A DNA stretch of 64,000 nt from Azolla caroliniana (GCA_043228905.1 JBHGNT010000017.1:9920001-9984000), one strand, 5' to 3'; shown: positions 45,384-60,421, counted from the stretch's first letter. Numbers and translations are program-made. Notes: a model not told the origin generated them from the letters alone.

Positions 45384-48327
45384 CTTGGTTGAAACCTCAT
45401 CCCCTCTCTTAGAAAACTTCACCCCTTTCATTGATGAGCTTGAAGCTACATTCAGCGAGATAGACCGGCGATGAACGACACTCAGGCGCCTATATTCTTT
45501 CCAAGAAGGCTCACGTCCAACCTCTGTCTACGTTTCAGTTTTTCGTCAGATTGTTAACGATGTTAGTTGGGATGACCATTTTCGTCACGGTCTCCGAAAT
45601 GATGTCGAAACTCTTCTCTTAAACTTCCCGGAGCCCACCTCGTTGTCTCAAGTAATTACCCAAGCCGTCCAATGTGATAATCGTTTGTTCGAACTTCATC
45701 AGGAAGAACATGGGACTTGTGGGTATCAGTCTTCCTCTCAAAACACATCCCTAGATAGGCCCTACGTCTCAGTTTCACCACCCATGCCAACCTTACCATC
45801 CCCCAGTGATACTCATACTACGATGGAAGTTGATTCCCATACTCCGATGGAGGTCAATCATGCTCCGTTCCAACCACTAACCGATACCCAACACGAACAT
45901 CGTCATGACAATGGCCTCTGTCTCTATTGTGGTAACCCCGGCCATGTCATACGCAACTACCCGGTGAGCGGCCCTTGGCACCAATTCCACCGAGCCCGTC
46001 TTGGAGAGGTTCCTCGACAATAGGAAAACCATCAAGTCAAGTTGCAGGAGGAGCCATGTAGTTGGACACTCCCCGTTACGCACCTTCTTCGTGCTCCTAC
46101 AAGTCGTTTCCGCCATTAAGAGGGTTTGCTTTGCAAGTGAGTCTGGGTTTTGGATCGACTTCAATACACTCTCATGCATTGCTCGACTCCGAAGCATCTA
46201 CTTGTTTTATCGATATATCTTTTATCCACGCACATAATGTCCCCACTATCCACACATCACAACCCATATCCGTTGAAGCAATCGACGGTCGGGTTCTCTC
46301 TTCGGGGGCGGTTATAGAAGCCATTATCCCGTTGGTTCTTCAAATCGGGTCCCACCATGAGGTACTCACGTTCTACCTCATTGCAACCCCCCGAAATCCG
46401 ATTGTTTTGGGGCTATGTTGGTTGGAGACACACAATCCGACGGTGGATTGGTGCAACCACTCCATCCCTTTTCTTGTACGGACGATTCTGGTAGGGTCAC
46501 TACACTCTATTGATTCCATTGCAACTAAGTCCGGCTTGGTTGCTACACTACCTGTGTTGTCACGGGACATCTCCATTCCTATCAACAATTTGCCTACATG
46601 ATATAGCGACTTTTTGGACATATTTGAGTTACTGGCTCATCGCCCCTACAATTGCCCAATCGAACTTCAAGCTGGCGAGCATCCACCATTTGGTCCTATC
46701 TAAGGGCTATCTGAACCTGAACTTGAGGCTCTCCACACATATCTGGCTAACAACCTTGTGAAGGGCTTCATTCAACCCTCCAGATCACCGGCGGGGACAC
46801 CAATCGTTTTTGTCAGAAAGAAGGACGGCTCCTTACATCTATGTGTGGATTATCGGGGTCTCAACAAAGTTACGGTGTATAATCGTTATCCCTTGCCCTT
46901 AATTCCAGTGCTCCTTGATCGACTCCGAACTGGGAGTATCTTCTCCAAAATCAACCTTTCGGGGAGCCTACAATTTGGTGCGCATCAAGCCTGAGGACAA
47001 CTGGAAAATGGCCTTTTGAACACGCTATGAACATTTTGAGTACAAGGTGATGCCATTTGGTCTTACCAACACTCCGACAATCTTCCAACACATGATGAAT
47101 GATATATTTCGAGAGTACCTCGATTACTTCGTGGTAATTTACCTTGAAGACATCCTCGTTTTTTCGTCTAACTTAGAGGAGCACACACACCACGTCTGGC
47201 TGGTTCTCATCAAACTTCAGGAATATGGGCTTTATGCTAAAAGTGAGAAATGTGAATTCGATCAGACCTCTGTTGAATTCCTGGGTTACACGATCTCACC
47301 CACTAGGATCACAATGGATGAGCGCAAGGTAGCGGCAATCACTGATTGTCCTCTCCTGACTCGACAAAAAGAGGTACAATCATTTCTTGGTTTTGCAAAT
47401 TCCTGTTGACAATTTATAGACGGGTTTTCTTCCCTAGTGCAACCTCTCATTCAACTTACTCAAAAAGATACTCCATTTCTTTGGACCCTCGTGACACACA
47501 AAGCTTTTGATGCCCTCAAAGCAACTTTTCTCTCCTCCCCCAGTGTTGGTCCACCCCGACCCCACCCGACCCTTCCAGGTTGAAACCGACGCCTTCGACT
47601 TTGCCAATGGCGCGGTCTTGTCCCAACCCGAAAATGATGGCACCCTACATCCGGTCGCCTTCTACACCTGGAAGTTTACAACCCCGGAAATCAATTATCC
47701 GGTCTATGACAAGGAGCTTACAACTATCATCTCGTCCTTCGTCGACTGAAGACCCTATCTGGCTAGGGCCCAACATCATATTCAGGTGCGGACCAACCAC
47801 AAGAATATCATCTACTTCACCACCAATCGTACGTTGAATCAGAGGCAAGCTCACTGGTCATCTTTCCTTGCCGACTACGACTTTGAAATTTTGATTTGAC
47901 CTGGCATCCAACATGGGAAAGCGGATGCCCTCTCTCGGCAAGCAGATTTTGCACTACACCTAAGTGATGACACATATTCTTAGCAATCACATTGTTTGTT
48001 GCAACTCGATCAACTCCAGATGTTCGCAACCTATATGGTGCATGATGATTCCTTCCTCACCGAGATCGCATAGGCAACCATGTCGAACCCATTCGCTACC
48101 GACATCATGGTGTGCATCAACGACCCATCCCACGAAATGCAAACCTCAGACCTTAGTCACTTTAGAATTCAGGATGGGCAACTCTATCGTAATCACCTCC
48201 TTTACGTCCCAACTTGGGCATGTCGCACCCGAGTACTACAACATTGTCACATTGATCCTCTTGTCAACCACTTTGGGGTCACGAAAACATTAGAGTTGCC
48301 ATCTCGGGGGTTTTGGTAGCCCCAACC
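45384..48327 (+). mobile_element. Tcn1-like gypsy element 2 (degenerate gag, protease, RT, RH, start of integrase)
   Basis: CLYCGNPGH; ALLDSEAS; [19 protein letters not shown]; MPFGLTN; ETDAFDFA; cut by the copia F LTR at 48328. Confidence 0.88.
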
Positions 48328-50774
48328 TGTTGGGAATCCGGTCCCTCTGGATGGGGTAGGACAAGCCGGATTGGACGAGCCTAAGCAAGAAGCCAGATCG
48401 GATGGACCCGGAAGGAGTCCGGCCGGATTCGATGTGAACCATGAGAAGGGACATATTGGTAAATATGTCCCCATGTGCCTTTGAGGCCATACTTGTAAAT
48501 AGCCCGAAAATTTATATGAGTACAAATATAACTAGGGAAATTAGATGAAAGCATGTCGGTGTGAGTGTTATTACTCTTTTTTGTTGTACAGGGAGAGCCT
48601 GAGATAGAGACACAGAGAGAGAGAGAGAGAGAGAAAGAGAGATACAAAAAGTCGTTTTTGTTGTAACTGTCTGTTGGGCGAAGATACAGAGCTTGAGGTC
48701 ATTGCCTCTGTGACTCTTTCTGTAATTATGTTTCCTCATAGTGATCCTGTTCGGAGTTTCACAAAATCCCATTGTTTTTCCCGATTAGGGTTTCCACGTT
48801 AATATCCTGTGTCGACTGATTTCAGGTGTAAGTGCATCAATCTCTTGTTTTATGTATGTTTCTTCCATAGTGTGATTGAGACTCGGTTGTGGCCGAGCAC
48901 TATTTGCTTCAATCTGGTATTAGAGCGAGGTTTTCAAGCCTAAATAGAAAATGGAAGATCCATTCGTCGGCATGTTCAAGCTCACCGGCTCCAACTACTC
49001 AATGTGGAAGTCGAAGATGAGAGTGCCGGTACAGTTTGAAGATGCAAACGCCGACAAAATAGATGCACCGATCTGGGAGGTGATGCATGTGAAGACGACA
49101 ACATACATTCAATGCTTTATCGACATGAGCCTATACAACAACTTCAATGAAGAGACTAAGGCTCATGAACTCTAGGACAAGATAGGCATCATGTTTCAGA
49201 ACAAGAATGTCATAAATCGAATCTCAGTATTTCGAAAGCCGGTGAGACTTAGATATCAAGACGACTCCAACATGGCGGAGCACATGAATGCCTTCCAGGG
49301 GCTTATAAATCAAACAACCTCGTTGGAGGTATCTCTAGCGGACGAGGTACTCGTGTTACCATTGCTCGATTCCCTCTCGGATAGTTGGGAGACGTTAGTT
49401 GTCACTTTGGGCAACACCGGGCCGGAAGGTAAACACCTATCCCTGGCAAGAGTAAAGTTGAGCTTGCTAGATTAAGAGGCTTGTCGGAAAGACAAGGAAG
49501 TGATCTTCGACTCAAAAGACTTAGTTACCGAAACCGGCACACAATGGGGAAGAGGTCAGAATCGGAATCTCCAAAACCAGGAAAAGTCGGGGATGAGGTC
49601 GAAGTCAAGGAGAGGAACGTTAGCAATCATGACAAGCGAAGAGGAACTACTGCTAATCGCCTAGGAGAGTGAGTTGTACCTTGTTAGTGAATGAATCCAC
49701 ACGGGTGGTCGACTCCGGAGCGTCGTTCCATCTGACTCCTGACCAGAAATGCTTCGCATCCTACAGAGCCATAGATCACAACTATGAGAGGATGGGGAAT
49801 GAAGGTGCATGCCGAATTGTTGGCATAAGAGACAAATGGCTGACGACGTCAACTGGGTGCAAGTTGCAGCTGAAGGATGTCCGACACGTTCCGGAGGTTC
49901 GGTTGAACCTGATATTAGCCAATTGGTTGGATGATGAAGGCTACATGGGTAGCATTCGGAACGAAGTCATGAAGTTCAACAAAGGGAGCCTGATCGTGGC
50001 CCGGGCTCGAAGATCAACACCTTGTACTTGATGCATGCCCGGATATGCCGAGAGGAAGTCAACATAGCTTTTGACACTACCGGTGAGCTGTGGCACAAGA
50101 GGTTGTGCCACATGAGCCAGAAAGGGATGTGTAAACTTGCCGAGGATAACCTCATTCTGGATGTGAAAGACGTGTACCTTGAGGGATGCATCGACTGTTT
50201 GGCCACCAAGCAGAACCAAACCTCTTTCCGAAGCTGACCACCGACAAGATAGAAAGAACCACTAGAGCTCGTGCATATCGATGTATGCCAAGTGGACATG
50301 AAATCACACGATGGGTCGTAGTAATGTGGGTCACATATTAACATGCCCGGGAACTCTGGGTCTCACCGCTAAAAACGAAGGATCAGGTACTAATCATCTT
50401 CAAGGAGCTCCACGAGGGAGTGGAAAGAGAAAGCGACTGGAAGCTGAAGGTAGTTCGAGCCGACAACGTTGGAGAGTACAAGGGGCTATTCAAGGAATAT
50501 TGCCGGTCAAAAGGAATTCAGCTCGAATTTACCGTACCGAAGACGCCGGAGCTGAACGGATTGGCCGAAAGGATGAACCAGACTATGATGGAGAGAGACC
50601 GGAGCATGCTGGCACATGCTAAGTTGTCCAAGATGTTTTGGGTTGAGGCGCTTATGATGGCGACCTATGTCATAAACAGATCACCCTCAATGCCCTTGGA
50701 CGGAGACACACCACAAAGAGTATGGACCGGTAAAGATGTGTCTTACTTGCATCTGAAGGTGTTTGGTTGTCTCG

Positions 50775-53700
50775 TGTTGTACGTGGGCCAATTTTGTAAA
50801 TTAAGCATGAAATGAATCCAAAGGTAGGCAAAGTAAGTAAAGGAAACAGAAAACAGGAAGTTAACAGAGAACACAACCAACCGTAATATGTGCACCCGAA
50901 AACGGTAAGAAATCGAAGGTGTTGCTTCCGAAAAGGGAGACAACACAATTTGGCACACCCAGTTCACGCTATGAATCACAAGGAACAAACGTCGGTGGAC
51001 GCCCCTAGTCGCCAGTACGGTGCCCAATCACCTTACCCGCTCTTTGCTCCCTTCTTGCCGCGTCGAGCCAGCCGAAGATACTGTTGACTCTGCGATCACT
51101 CAACACTCATCATCTGAAACCTCGAAACCCCGGAATCGCAATCCACACCAAGCATCCCCGATACACAGTCACACACCGGCCCCGAACTCGCCACTCCTCC
51201 GAGTCCGCTGGCAGTCTCTCAACAATCCGATTCCAAGCCCCCAACTGGCAACTCGCATAGGATGTGCCCGCTAGTCATTTAAAAGATACGTTCCTTGCTG
51301 GACTCCGGGAGCTGCTGAGCACGACGTTGGCCCTCATAGATTTTTCCCAACACACTATCGAGCAAGTGGTCGCTCGTGCTCTCGCTTTAGATAAGGATCA
51401 TCATAACAATTCCTTCTCCATGGGCCCGCTCCAAGCTACCTTTGCCAACAACCAAGAAGACCTAGTTTCGGCAAGCATTGCAATGCACGACTTGTGCCAA
51501 ATCCGGTCATTCGGCGATCAAATTACCTCTACACGACCACACTACCTCATCTGCCATTCTAGAGTACATACAGTTGAGCAATGTGAGTACAACATGCTCA
51601 ATCATACGAACTCGGTTCCAGTACAATAAATCAAGCCACGCCACGATCATTCGCAACAGGATGAGGGACCACCACCACAGAACAGAGACATTGAACGATC
51701 CTGGGAGGATGAGCGGCTTCACCACCACGAGGGCTACCACCCCAAACCAGATTGCTATCACCGGGAGCTACCATACTATCACAATTGGCCACGCTATTAC
51801 GGTGATGAGCGTTATTATCCGGAGGACCTATATTACTGTGATGACTATGATCGGGGGGACTATCACGAACCCCGGAACGCACAGCACGATTGATGGTCTC
51901 CACCTCATAATCGCGGCATGCGGCATTCGGGGAATAACCGACGACCCTTCGACAATCGTCGTCACGACAATCCACGCAATGATAATCGGTGGCCTCCCCA
52001 AGCCAAGTCTCGTGGCAACCCTCCACAGTCCTATCCCCTGCCGGCTCGAGAAGATCAACCCTACAACCTAGCACAACCTCAAATCAAGCAAGGAGAACCT
52101 AGGAATTCCGCAACTGTAACCTACTTCAACTGTAATCAACCAGGCCATTACGCTACGCAATGTCTAATGAACAATCAAGGTAAAGCACTAGCTATGAATA
52201 TGATTGTGGTTGATGTTTAGCAAGTTACCACCTGAAGTAAGGCCCACCAGTCACAATGGGAGATTTAGGACGAGGTTCGCCAAACCGTTAAGGAGTGTAT
52301 CGAAGCGGCAAATCAAGCAAACATCGATCGAATGCACACAGAAATGAAGGAGATCAATCACGAGCCAACGCCACCCTCGACCCTTACTGCACGAACCGAC
52401 AATGACCCACTCTAGCAAGCCCTAACCAGCTGCCAAATCTCCATGCCCCTGCATAAACTATTGCAGCTACTGCCATGCTTCAAAGAAACTGTTCAGTCTC
52501 GTACTGCCGGTCTGGAACCGACTACCTCCTCCGTACAACTCACGGAGCCGGAACCCGTACCCCCACTCATGGATTCCCAAAATCCAATGGTAAAAATCAT
52601 CATTAAAGGCCACAAGGTCCATGGGTGCATTATCGATGGTGGCTCATGACTTAATGTAATTAGTGAGGTGACATGTCATGATTTGGGTCTCACGCAATGG
52701 AATGGGAGTCGTGTGCGTTTTAGCTTCGCATGGCAGATATGCAATCAGTTCGACCGATAGGTTTAATTCGAAACCTTGAGTTTATCCTCGGAGGGCATAC
52801 CTTTACGGTGTCCGCAGTAGTATTACGATTGGATGCCCCTGGAGTGTACCCGCTACTGTTGGGACGGTCGTGGCTATGCACAACTAATATAAAGTAGCAT
52901 TGGTAGCACAACATGATCTCTTTTCGCCGAGGAAAGACGAAAGTACGAATCGTCATGGAAGAACGAATCACGACACTCCCCCGACAACAATCCTCTATAT
53001 GTTGAAGGAGTTCATATGCTCAACGGTCTCGTTGACGATGAGATGGATTCTTTTTTAGATGAGCACCACACGATCATTCCTCTATTAAAAATAGACATTC
53101 TCACGGCCGTGGAACCATACCTCGCCGACACCAGCATGGCCAATCAAGAAGCTCCACATGAACCAAATCCCGAAGCCGTGAAGGAGTTAGGACACGCCTG
53201 TGAATGCTCGATTGGGAATTGGCAATTTCTCAGCACGTCAAAGCCATGACATTAGAGGAAGTCAATCTTGGGTCCTCTACCAAGCAACAGACAGTCAAAA
53301 TTGCGAAGGATCTTGTGCCCAAGGAACAATCAGCTCTACTGGGGTTGTTGATCGACTATTAGGACGTATTCACGTGGTCATATAGTGATATAAAGGGGTT
53401 GGACCCCCATTACTATCAACACCAGATCCACCTCCAAATGGATGCACGACCAGTCCAACAACGACGATACCGAATGAATCCAAATTACGTCGCAAAGGTG
53501 AAAGAAGAGATTGACAAACTTTTACGGGTGGGGTTCATCCGAACAGTCAAAAGAGCAACCTGGTTAAGACCTATTGTAGTCGTGCCAAAAAAGAATGGGC
53601 AAATATGAATGTACGTCTACTACCGTAAACTCAACGCGGCCATGATCACGTGTTCATGGATGCTTTCGTCATAGCCATCGGAATGGAAGCGCACTAATGC

Positions 53701-56700
53701 AAAAAACGCCTCCGAATTGGTACCGTCCGGTATACTACGCTAGCCAACGACTCTCCACTGCCGAAAAAAATTACTCCACCACAGAATGCGAAGCGCTCGG
53801 AATGATATACAGTATTACGAAATTTCGCCATTACCTGCTCAACCAAAAATTCACATTTCACATGGATCATTCAGCACTTCTATACTTAGTTAACAAACAG
53901 GCCTTGACCGGTCGATTAGCACGGTGGGTACTCCTTCTGCAAGAATTCGATTTTGACATCCAACATCGACCAGGGGTCTAGCATGCGGTAGCGGATTACC
54001 TTAGCCATCTCAAATCCGGGGAACCAGCCAGAACAGAATATGATGACTTACCCGACACCAGCTTGTTCACCATTGACACTACAACCCTGCCTGTCAATCA
54101 CGAAGATGCCTGGATTACGGACATGACACATTTCCTCAGCACCGGCCTCCCACCCGAACATCTAACATTAGAGGCCAAGAAATGATTGGCGGTCCGAAGT
54201 CGTAATTTTTGTGTGTTTACGGACACTCTGTATCATAAAAGCTTAGGCAGCATTTGGAGACGAGCGGTACAACAATTTGAGAAAGATGTAGTTCTACGCG
54301 AAGCACACCATGACATTGTCGGCGGTCACTACACAGGTGATGCCACAACTCAAAAGATTTGGCAAAGCGGATAATGGTGGCCTACTACGAAAAAAGACGC
54401 TCACAAATTCTGTAAACAATGTGATCTCTGTCAGTGCATGGGCCAACTGAGCGAACAAGATTGAATACCGCACCAACCAATCCTCCCTTTGGAACGTTTC
54501 CAGAAATGGGGATTGGATTTGGTAGGGCCATTCAAACCACCCGCAATGCGTACAGGTAACAAGTATATCATCGTGGCGACCAATTATTGCACAAAATGGG
54601 TCGAAGCGAAAGCACTCTGCGACAACACGGCCGCGCCAACAGCCAAATTCGTGTATGAATATTTGTGGTGTCGTTTTAGATGCCCAATCGAACTGGTGAG
54701 CGATCAAGGAGGACACTGTCAATCGGCTTATTCGCGATTTAACTTCTCATTACGTGGTGGTACATAAGAAAAGCATTCCATAATATCCTCAATCCATTGT
54801 TCCATACTATCCTCAAGCCAATGGATTGGCCGAATCCATTAATAAAACCTTACAGACCATTCTCAAGAAAATCGTGTATGAGCATCGAACAGATTGGAAC
54901 GACAAATTGCATAACGCATTGTGGGCTTACCGCACTATGTTCAAGACCAACATTGGGTCCCTGCCCTTTCGAATGGCATTTGGTTTGGAAGCCGTAATGC
55001 CGATTGAGTTCCAGATTCCAAGTCTTCGGGTGCAAATTACCGAATGATTGCTCGAATCCGAGTTAGAACGCCAACGACTGGAACAACTACTCAGAACTTG
55101 GGGAAGAGTGCATCGCTAGTTTCGCCCAATTGGAACATGACCAACAGAGATGGAAAGCTTTTGTAGATCAACATAGACGTGATCCTGAAGATCCCAAATG
55201 AAATGAATTCACGAGGAATGGACCGCTCCAAAGAGCCTGGCTGCGAAATGCCACCAAATCAACCGCCACAGCGACGAACAAACAACGGAATGCACGGCTA
55301 AAGATAGGCAGTTGGTTGTCGTCTCGGACAACTCCGTCACGGTAGTTCCGGAAACCACATTGGCCCTCAACAGACCAATCGAACAGGGCCAACAATCACG
55401 ATTTTCTGAAAATGAAGTGCTAACCTTCAAGGATCTTCCCAGGGAGGCATACGATCTCGATGCCATTCTGCAGCACGACACGACATACAAACTCATCAAC
55501 TTCTTAGCTCGTCTCCAAGTCGATGCCGTAGCCCACATGGCCCAAGAACACGCCGAGCAACAACTGATCAAAAGGGCATTGGATAATGAGCTGGCTTCTG
55601 ACGATGAGCCAAACTTACAGAAGGTGGGGCGTAAAAGAGCCACAAAGAAACGACGCACCCGCATTGAGCTTCCATAGCTTAACATGGCACTTGTGGAAAC
55701 ATATCGGGAACTGGATAGGACAACGTGCACGGCAAAAGACATGGCCGCCAATTGTAAATTAGCGTGGCAACAAGCAAAGATTGCCACCGACATGTGGAAG
55801 GCCCCCGAGACCTAGAAGACCAAACTCGAGCAACAACTTCGAGGAATAGGTCAGACTGCAACGCTCACTCTACCTCCTCCCACTTCCCACCCATAGGAAG
55901 CATCGACCCAAACGGAACTAGCAAATTGCATTGAACTGGTCGATATAGCCACTCAAACTGACCCAACCAGCCCTCGTGACCAAACAATGGTATCCGCTCA
56001 AACCGAGGAAGATATCAGCACGACCATCCGCAACTATGAAGAAGACATTGCCCTGCACAAGGCAGTTGCAAACAAGGCTAAAGAACACCACGAGAAAGCC
56101 AGATAGAAGGCCGAGAAAATAAACGAGCAGGCCGAACTATAGAAACTGCTCCACGATCGGATGACCCAACTCCAGGAGGCCGAACACGACGCTGCAACAT
56201 CTCTTAAGTCCATACAGGACATCGATGTCACACAAATTGGCTCTCTCAACAAGGAGATCATGGAATTGCAAGAAAGCTCCAATCAGTTCCTGAAGAAATT
56301 GGACCGAACAAGCAGGAGCAATGCCAACTGGTAGACGCCCTTCACGAACATAAAATAAACGCGACTTTGGAACTTGAACTGCAATGCGAGGAGTGTAGGA
56401 AGGAAGCAGCCAAACACACGGACCGCCTCCTTAGATGTTTCGACCACGTTACACAGGAGGCAGAAGCATGGGTTACCGCCCTCAACACCTCGTGCGAATT
56501 GATCACGGTAAAACTAAAGCTACAGGTGGAAAAAGCTAAGAGAGAGACGATCGCACTCCGAGTGAAGTATGAAAATCGTGAGGAATGAATCCGCGCCCTC
56601 GTGGTCAACCAACGACAAAAGCTCAACCGGAAGGTCGAAGAGACACTCACTAATCCCTGGAAGGAATGGTCCGCTCAAGCGGCCGAACACCAGGTATTAC

Positions 56701-57736
56701 GGGCCCATGCCGAGAATCGGAAGAAAGAGGGTCATGACTTCTACAAAATGGACGAATACAACATCCAAATGGTTCAAGAAGACCTCACCGAGGACTTCCA
56801 AGCTTTGGCAAAAACGCACACAATGGAAATTGGCAACCTTCTTGAAGAATTCAACGATGACCAGTTGTTGTTATTGATTGAAATGGAAAAGGATTTCCAA
56901 GAAACCCTTCCTAACAAGACCGAGGAAGATGAAATGAAGAAGAGGAAGCCCCACTCCACCAGCAACGAGGCCAGATAACGCACACGAGCCCACTTTTTTG
57001 GACGAACAGAACACACAAACCGAGTCACAACAAACCATCTTGGTGGCTTCAAAGGAGGAGACAACCATGTAACCCACCCCCGAGGGCATTCTCGACATTT
57101 TGATAGAAGACTGAGTGTACCATAGCCAAATTACAACGCTTTTTTCGATTTTTGGGGTTCGACGTGCTAAGGCACTGTCCCACGGGCGTGCCAAGTGTTG
57201 TCTATGGGCAAATTTTGTAAATTAAGTATGAAACGAATCCAAAGGTACGTGCAGTACGTAAAGGCAAATGAAATCAGGAAGTTAACAAAGAACATAGCCA
57301 ATTGTAATACGTGCAGCCGAAAACAAGGGAAAACTAAAGCACGCCAAGCGAGAAGAAGGAAAAGAACTATAAAAACGTGGAGCAGAACAACAACGAGGGG
57401 AAGAGAAGATCTTATTAGCTGAGATAACATATTCTAATACATAGCTATATTTACTTCTGTCATAATTCCAGCCATGAGCCGTGTACTGTGTTTATTTGGG
57501 AATCGTAATACATATACAATTTTGGGTCAATACTCTGCTCTGTGTTAAGATCAATATGTAATTATCAATTCTTGAATTAAGATCTTGTCTACGACTGAGT
57601 GCGCTAAACGTTCGTTCCACGGACGGGTTGCAAAGCAATCCCACACATATTTTGTTGTGTCCACCACGTACCACAATCCCCTTGGTACAATTTCGGTAAG
57701 AAATCGAAGGTGTTGCTTCCGAAAAGGGAGACAACA
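50775..57736 (+). mobile_element. G4: older complete-ended Athila-like element with several internal deletions
   Basis: TSD TCTCG at 50770-50774 and 57737-57741; 5' LTR 50775-50945 (internally deleted), 3' LTR 57196-57736; PBS TGGCACACCCAGT at 50951-50963; protease CIIDGGS near 52630; RH-INT 53697-55180; eORF remnants 55200-57100. Confidence 0.92.
57154..57193 (+). ncRNA. tRNA-3'-half mimic in the PPT position (G4 copy)
   Basis: GGGG TTCGA C GTGC-TAAG-GCAC T GT CCCAC GGGCGTG CCA AG, then TGTTG. Confidence 0.7.
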
Positions 57737-58670
57737 TCTCGCCTATGTCCATGTAGCAAAGGACAAGAGAGAGAAATTGGATGCAACGTCCCGGCCATGC
57801 ATATTCCTTGGGATACGGCAATGATGAGTTTGGCTACCGAGTGTGGGACTTCGTCGACAAGAAGGTTTTCCAGAGTTGAGACATAGTCTTCATGGAAGAC
57901 AAGACCATTACCGACTGGGAATCGGAGAAGAAGATAGTGGACTCCGGGTCGACCGATAAAGATCGGTCGAAAGATACAAGGACCAAGTCGGTAGGAAGCC
58001 GGATTACACTCGAAGAACTGGCCGAAGTCAGACGAGAAACCAAACCGATCGAAGAAGAAGAATTGGACACCAAAACTGGACAAGACCCTGAATCGGATTC
58101 GGATGAGGAGCAAACGAAGGAACCATGGTCCAAAACCAGGGACGGAGATATACTCTAACGGAGAGAAAGCCCCCCCGGAGATTTTCTGATGAAGAGCGAG
58201 TACTACTAACGGACGAGGGGGAGCCGGAAAGCTTCGAAGAAGCAAAGAAAGACACCCACAACCGCAAGTGGTTAAGTGCCATGCAGGATGAGATGGATTT
58301 CCTACATGAGAACCATGCATATGAATTGACGGAGTTGCTGAAAGGGAAGAGAGTGCTTTGGAACAAGTGGGTGTACAAGTTAAAACCAGGAGATGCCAAA
58401 AATCCACCAAGATACAAAGCCCAAATCATGGTAAAGGGGCTTCAACAAAAGAAAGGAGTGGATTTTGAAGAGATCTTTGCCCCGGTAGTGAAGATGACAT
58501 CCATTGGGACTGTGTTGAGCATTGTGGCAAGCATGGACCTTGAGGTCAAGAAGCTAGACGTCAAGACGGCGTTCCTGCATGCTGACCTTGAAGAAGCACC
58601 TGCAACAATCAAAGGGATTTGTCAAGAAAGGGAAGGAGCAACTGGTGTGCCGGTTGAAGAGCTTATACGG

Positions 58671-58945
58671 TGTCGTGTTATTACGCTCTCGCATAGGAAA
58701 CTAAGGGGGGACAAGGAGGCCTTGGACCGAGTAGTGCAAGAAACAAGAGGAAAGAGGAGAGCGTAAGCATCGAATCGGTAGGCGCTGGCTTCCAGCCAGC
58801 AACGCTTGCCGGCCAAAGGAATCACGACCGCATGTACAGAACGAACAGAGATGCACACCCACCAGACATGAAAGGGAAAACACGCAGAAACACAGAGAGA
58901 CAATGAATTGGAGAATTAATTCCAACTATAAAGGGTTACAACTTT
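58671..58945 (-). repeat. Probable R/U5 end of LTR I (ends CACGACA on the minus strand)
   Basis: Abrupt TGTCGTG junction; TG-rich U5-like composition on the minus strand. Confidence 0.5.
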
Positions 58946-60145
58946 TGTGAAAGATTATGTGCGGAAGCAATAGAAAACGAACACAAAGAAAATACGCAGG
59001 TTTAATGGAGAGCTTGAATATACACAGTACGCGGGAGAGACAGAAACAGAACGGAAAAAGAAAACAATTCAAAAAATACTAACTCTGTACATAGGATGTG
59101 CTCAGTGAGCACTTTTATACAAGCCCTGACAATCGGGCTGACACAAGTACTGACAGTACTTGACTGCTCATAAGTGAGCCTCGACACTCACTCCCAAAAT
59201 TATTCCTTTACGAGGAATATCTCTCTAACGGCCATTTGGTTTACGCACAGATACGGCCTTTCGTTATGCACCGGTTTGCGTACCAGATTACGCATCCGTT
59301 TTACGCACCGGTCCAGCCTAACCGATCCGGTCCTCGGCTTGCTCAGCCGATCCGGCCAATGTTGAGCTTGTCTCTCAACACTCCCCCTTAAGCTCAACTT
59401 GAGGCTCTTTGGGATCTTCCAGATCACCGCTCCGGTTCCTCTTGGCTCCATGCCTCGCTCGCGCTCCTCGGCCTGTTCGACTTTGCACGCTTCGACCCTT
59501 CCGGTCGGCTTGTCTGCTCCCACGGACCAGCTCCCTTGCTGTCGCGGTGTTGGCACTTCTCTTGTTGCCTTCTTTTCCGCTTGGCCCTCGGCTGATTCAA
59601 TGTATCCGAATCAAACATTCGAACCGACTCGGCTACCTCCGATCGGTTTTCGCTCTCGTCCGAGTTGGCTGTCTCCAACTCGTCTTCGGTCTTCTCTCCC
59701 TTGACGGCGTCATCTCCCCCATGCTTCAGCTCTTTCTTTCGGTTGTTCCCCTTATGTCCGCTTCCGGACTCTTCAGCGGATCCGCCCTCGGCTTCTTCGG
59801 CGTCACGGTCTTTTCCGCTCCTTTCCTGCTCCCTTCCGTGGTCATCCAGGATGTCTCTCCCCCTCAAGTTCGGCACGTCAAGGTGACACAACCCAAGCGC
59901 ACCCGAGAACTGCCGCAACTTGTCCACACCAAGGGGCTTGGTGAAGATGTCGGCAGTTTGCCGATCCATCGAAACATACTGAAGTTTGACTTCACTGGAA
60001 AGGACACGCTCACGGACAAAATGGTAGTGCACCTCAATGCGCTTGGTCCGTGCGTGGAAAACGGGGTTCTTCACGAGCTGGATGCCGTTGAGGTTGTCAC
60101 AGTAGATCGTCGTCAGATCAGACACCTCCTCTTGCAGGTCCTTAA
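58946..60145 (-). mobile_element. Copia H: 3' end (RH tail, PPT 59381-59390, 3' LTR about 58946-59380)
   Basis: IYCDN, NPVFHARTKRIEVHYHFVRE, QTADIFTKPL; TAAGGGGGAG followed by TGTTGAG. Confidence 0.8.
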
Positions 60146-60421
60146 GAGGGCTATGTATGCCAACTAGAAATAGAGTATGCATGAGGATGTGTGCACGCTA
60201 GGAATAGAGAATGCATGAGGATGTATGAAAGCTAGGAATAGTGGATGCATGCAGCTAGGAATAGAGGATGCATGCAAGCTAGGAAACTTCCAAGTTTCAA
60301 TCTACAATACGTGAAATTGGGTTTTATACAAAAAGGCATATGTAGCTTAGTGATTGCCCAATGGAGACCAAGAGGTCTTGGGTTTAATCCTTGCCTTCCA
60401 CCATGGTATATGTCTATGACA
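60146..60421 (-). repeat. LTR U3 fragment with short tandem repeats (GCTAGGAATAG..GATGCATG) and a degenerate A/B-box module
   Basis: Ends TATGACA at 60421 against the LINE; repeats visible at 60165-60285. Confidence 0.5.

Larger units (their letters stand above)
48328..58670 (+). mobile_element. Copia F: 5' part (LTR 48328-48911, PBS 48915-48926, gag, PR, INT, RT N-terminus), interrupted by G4 and cut at KSLYG
   Basis: Gag MEDPFVGMFKLTGSNYS; the frame FGCL|AYVHVAKD continues across G4. Confidence 0.88.
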
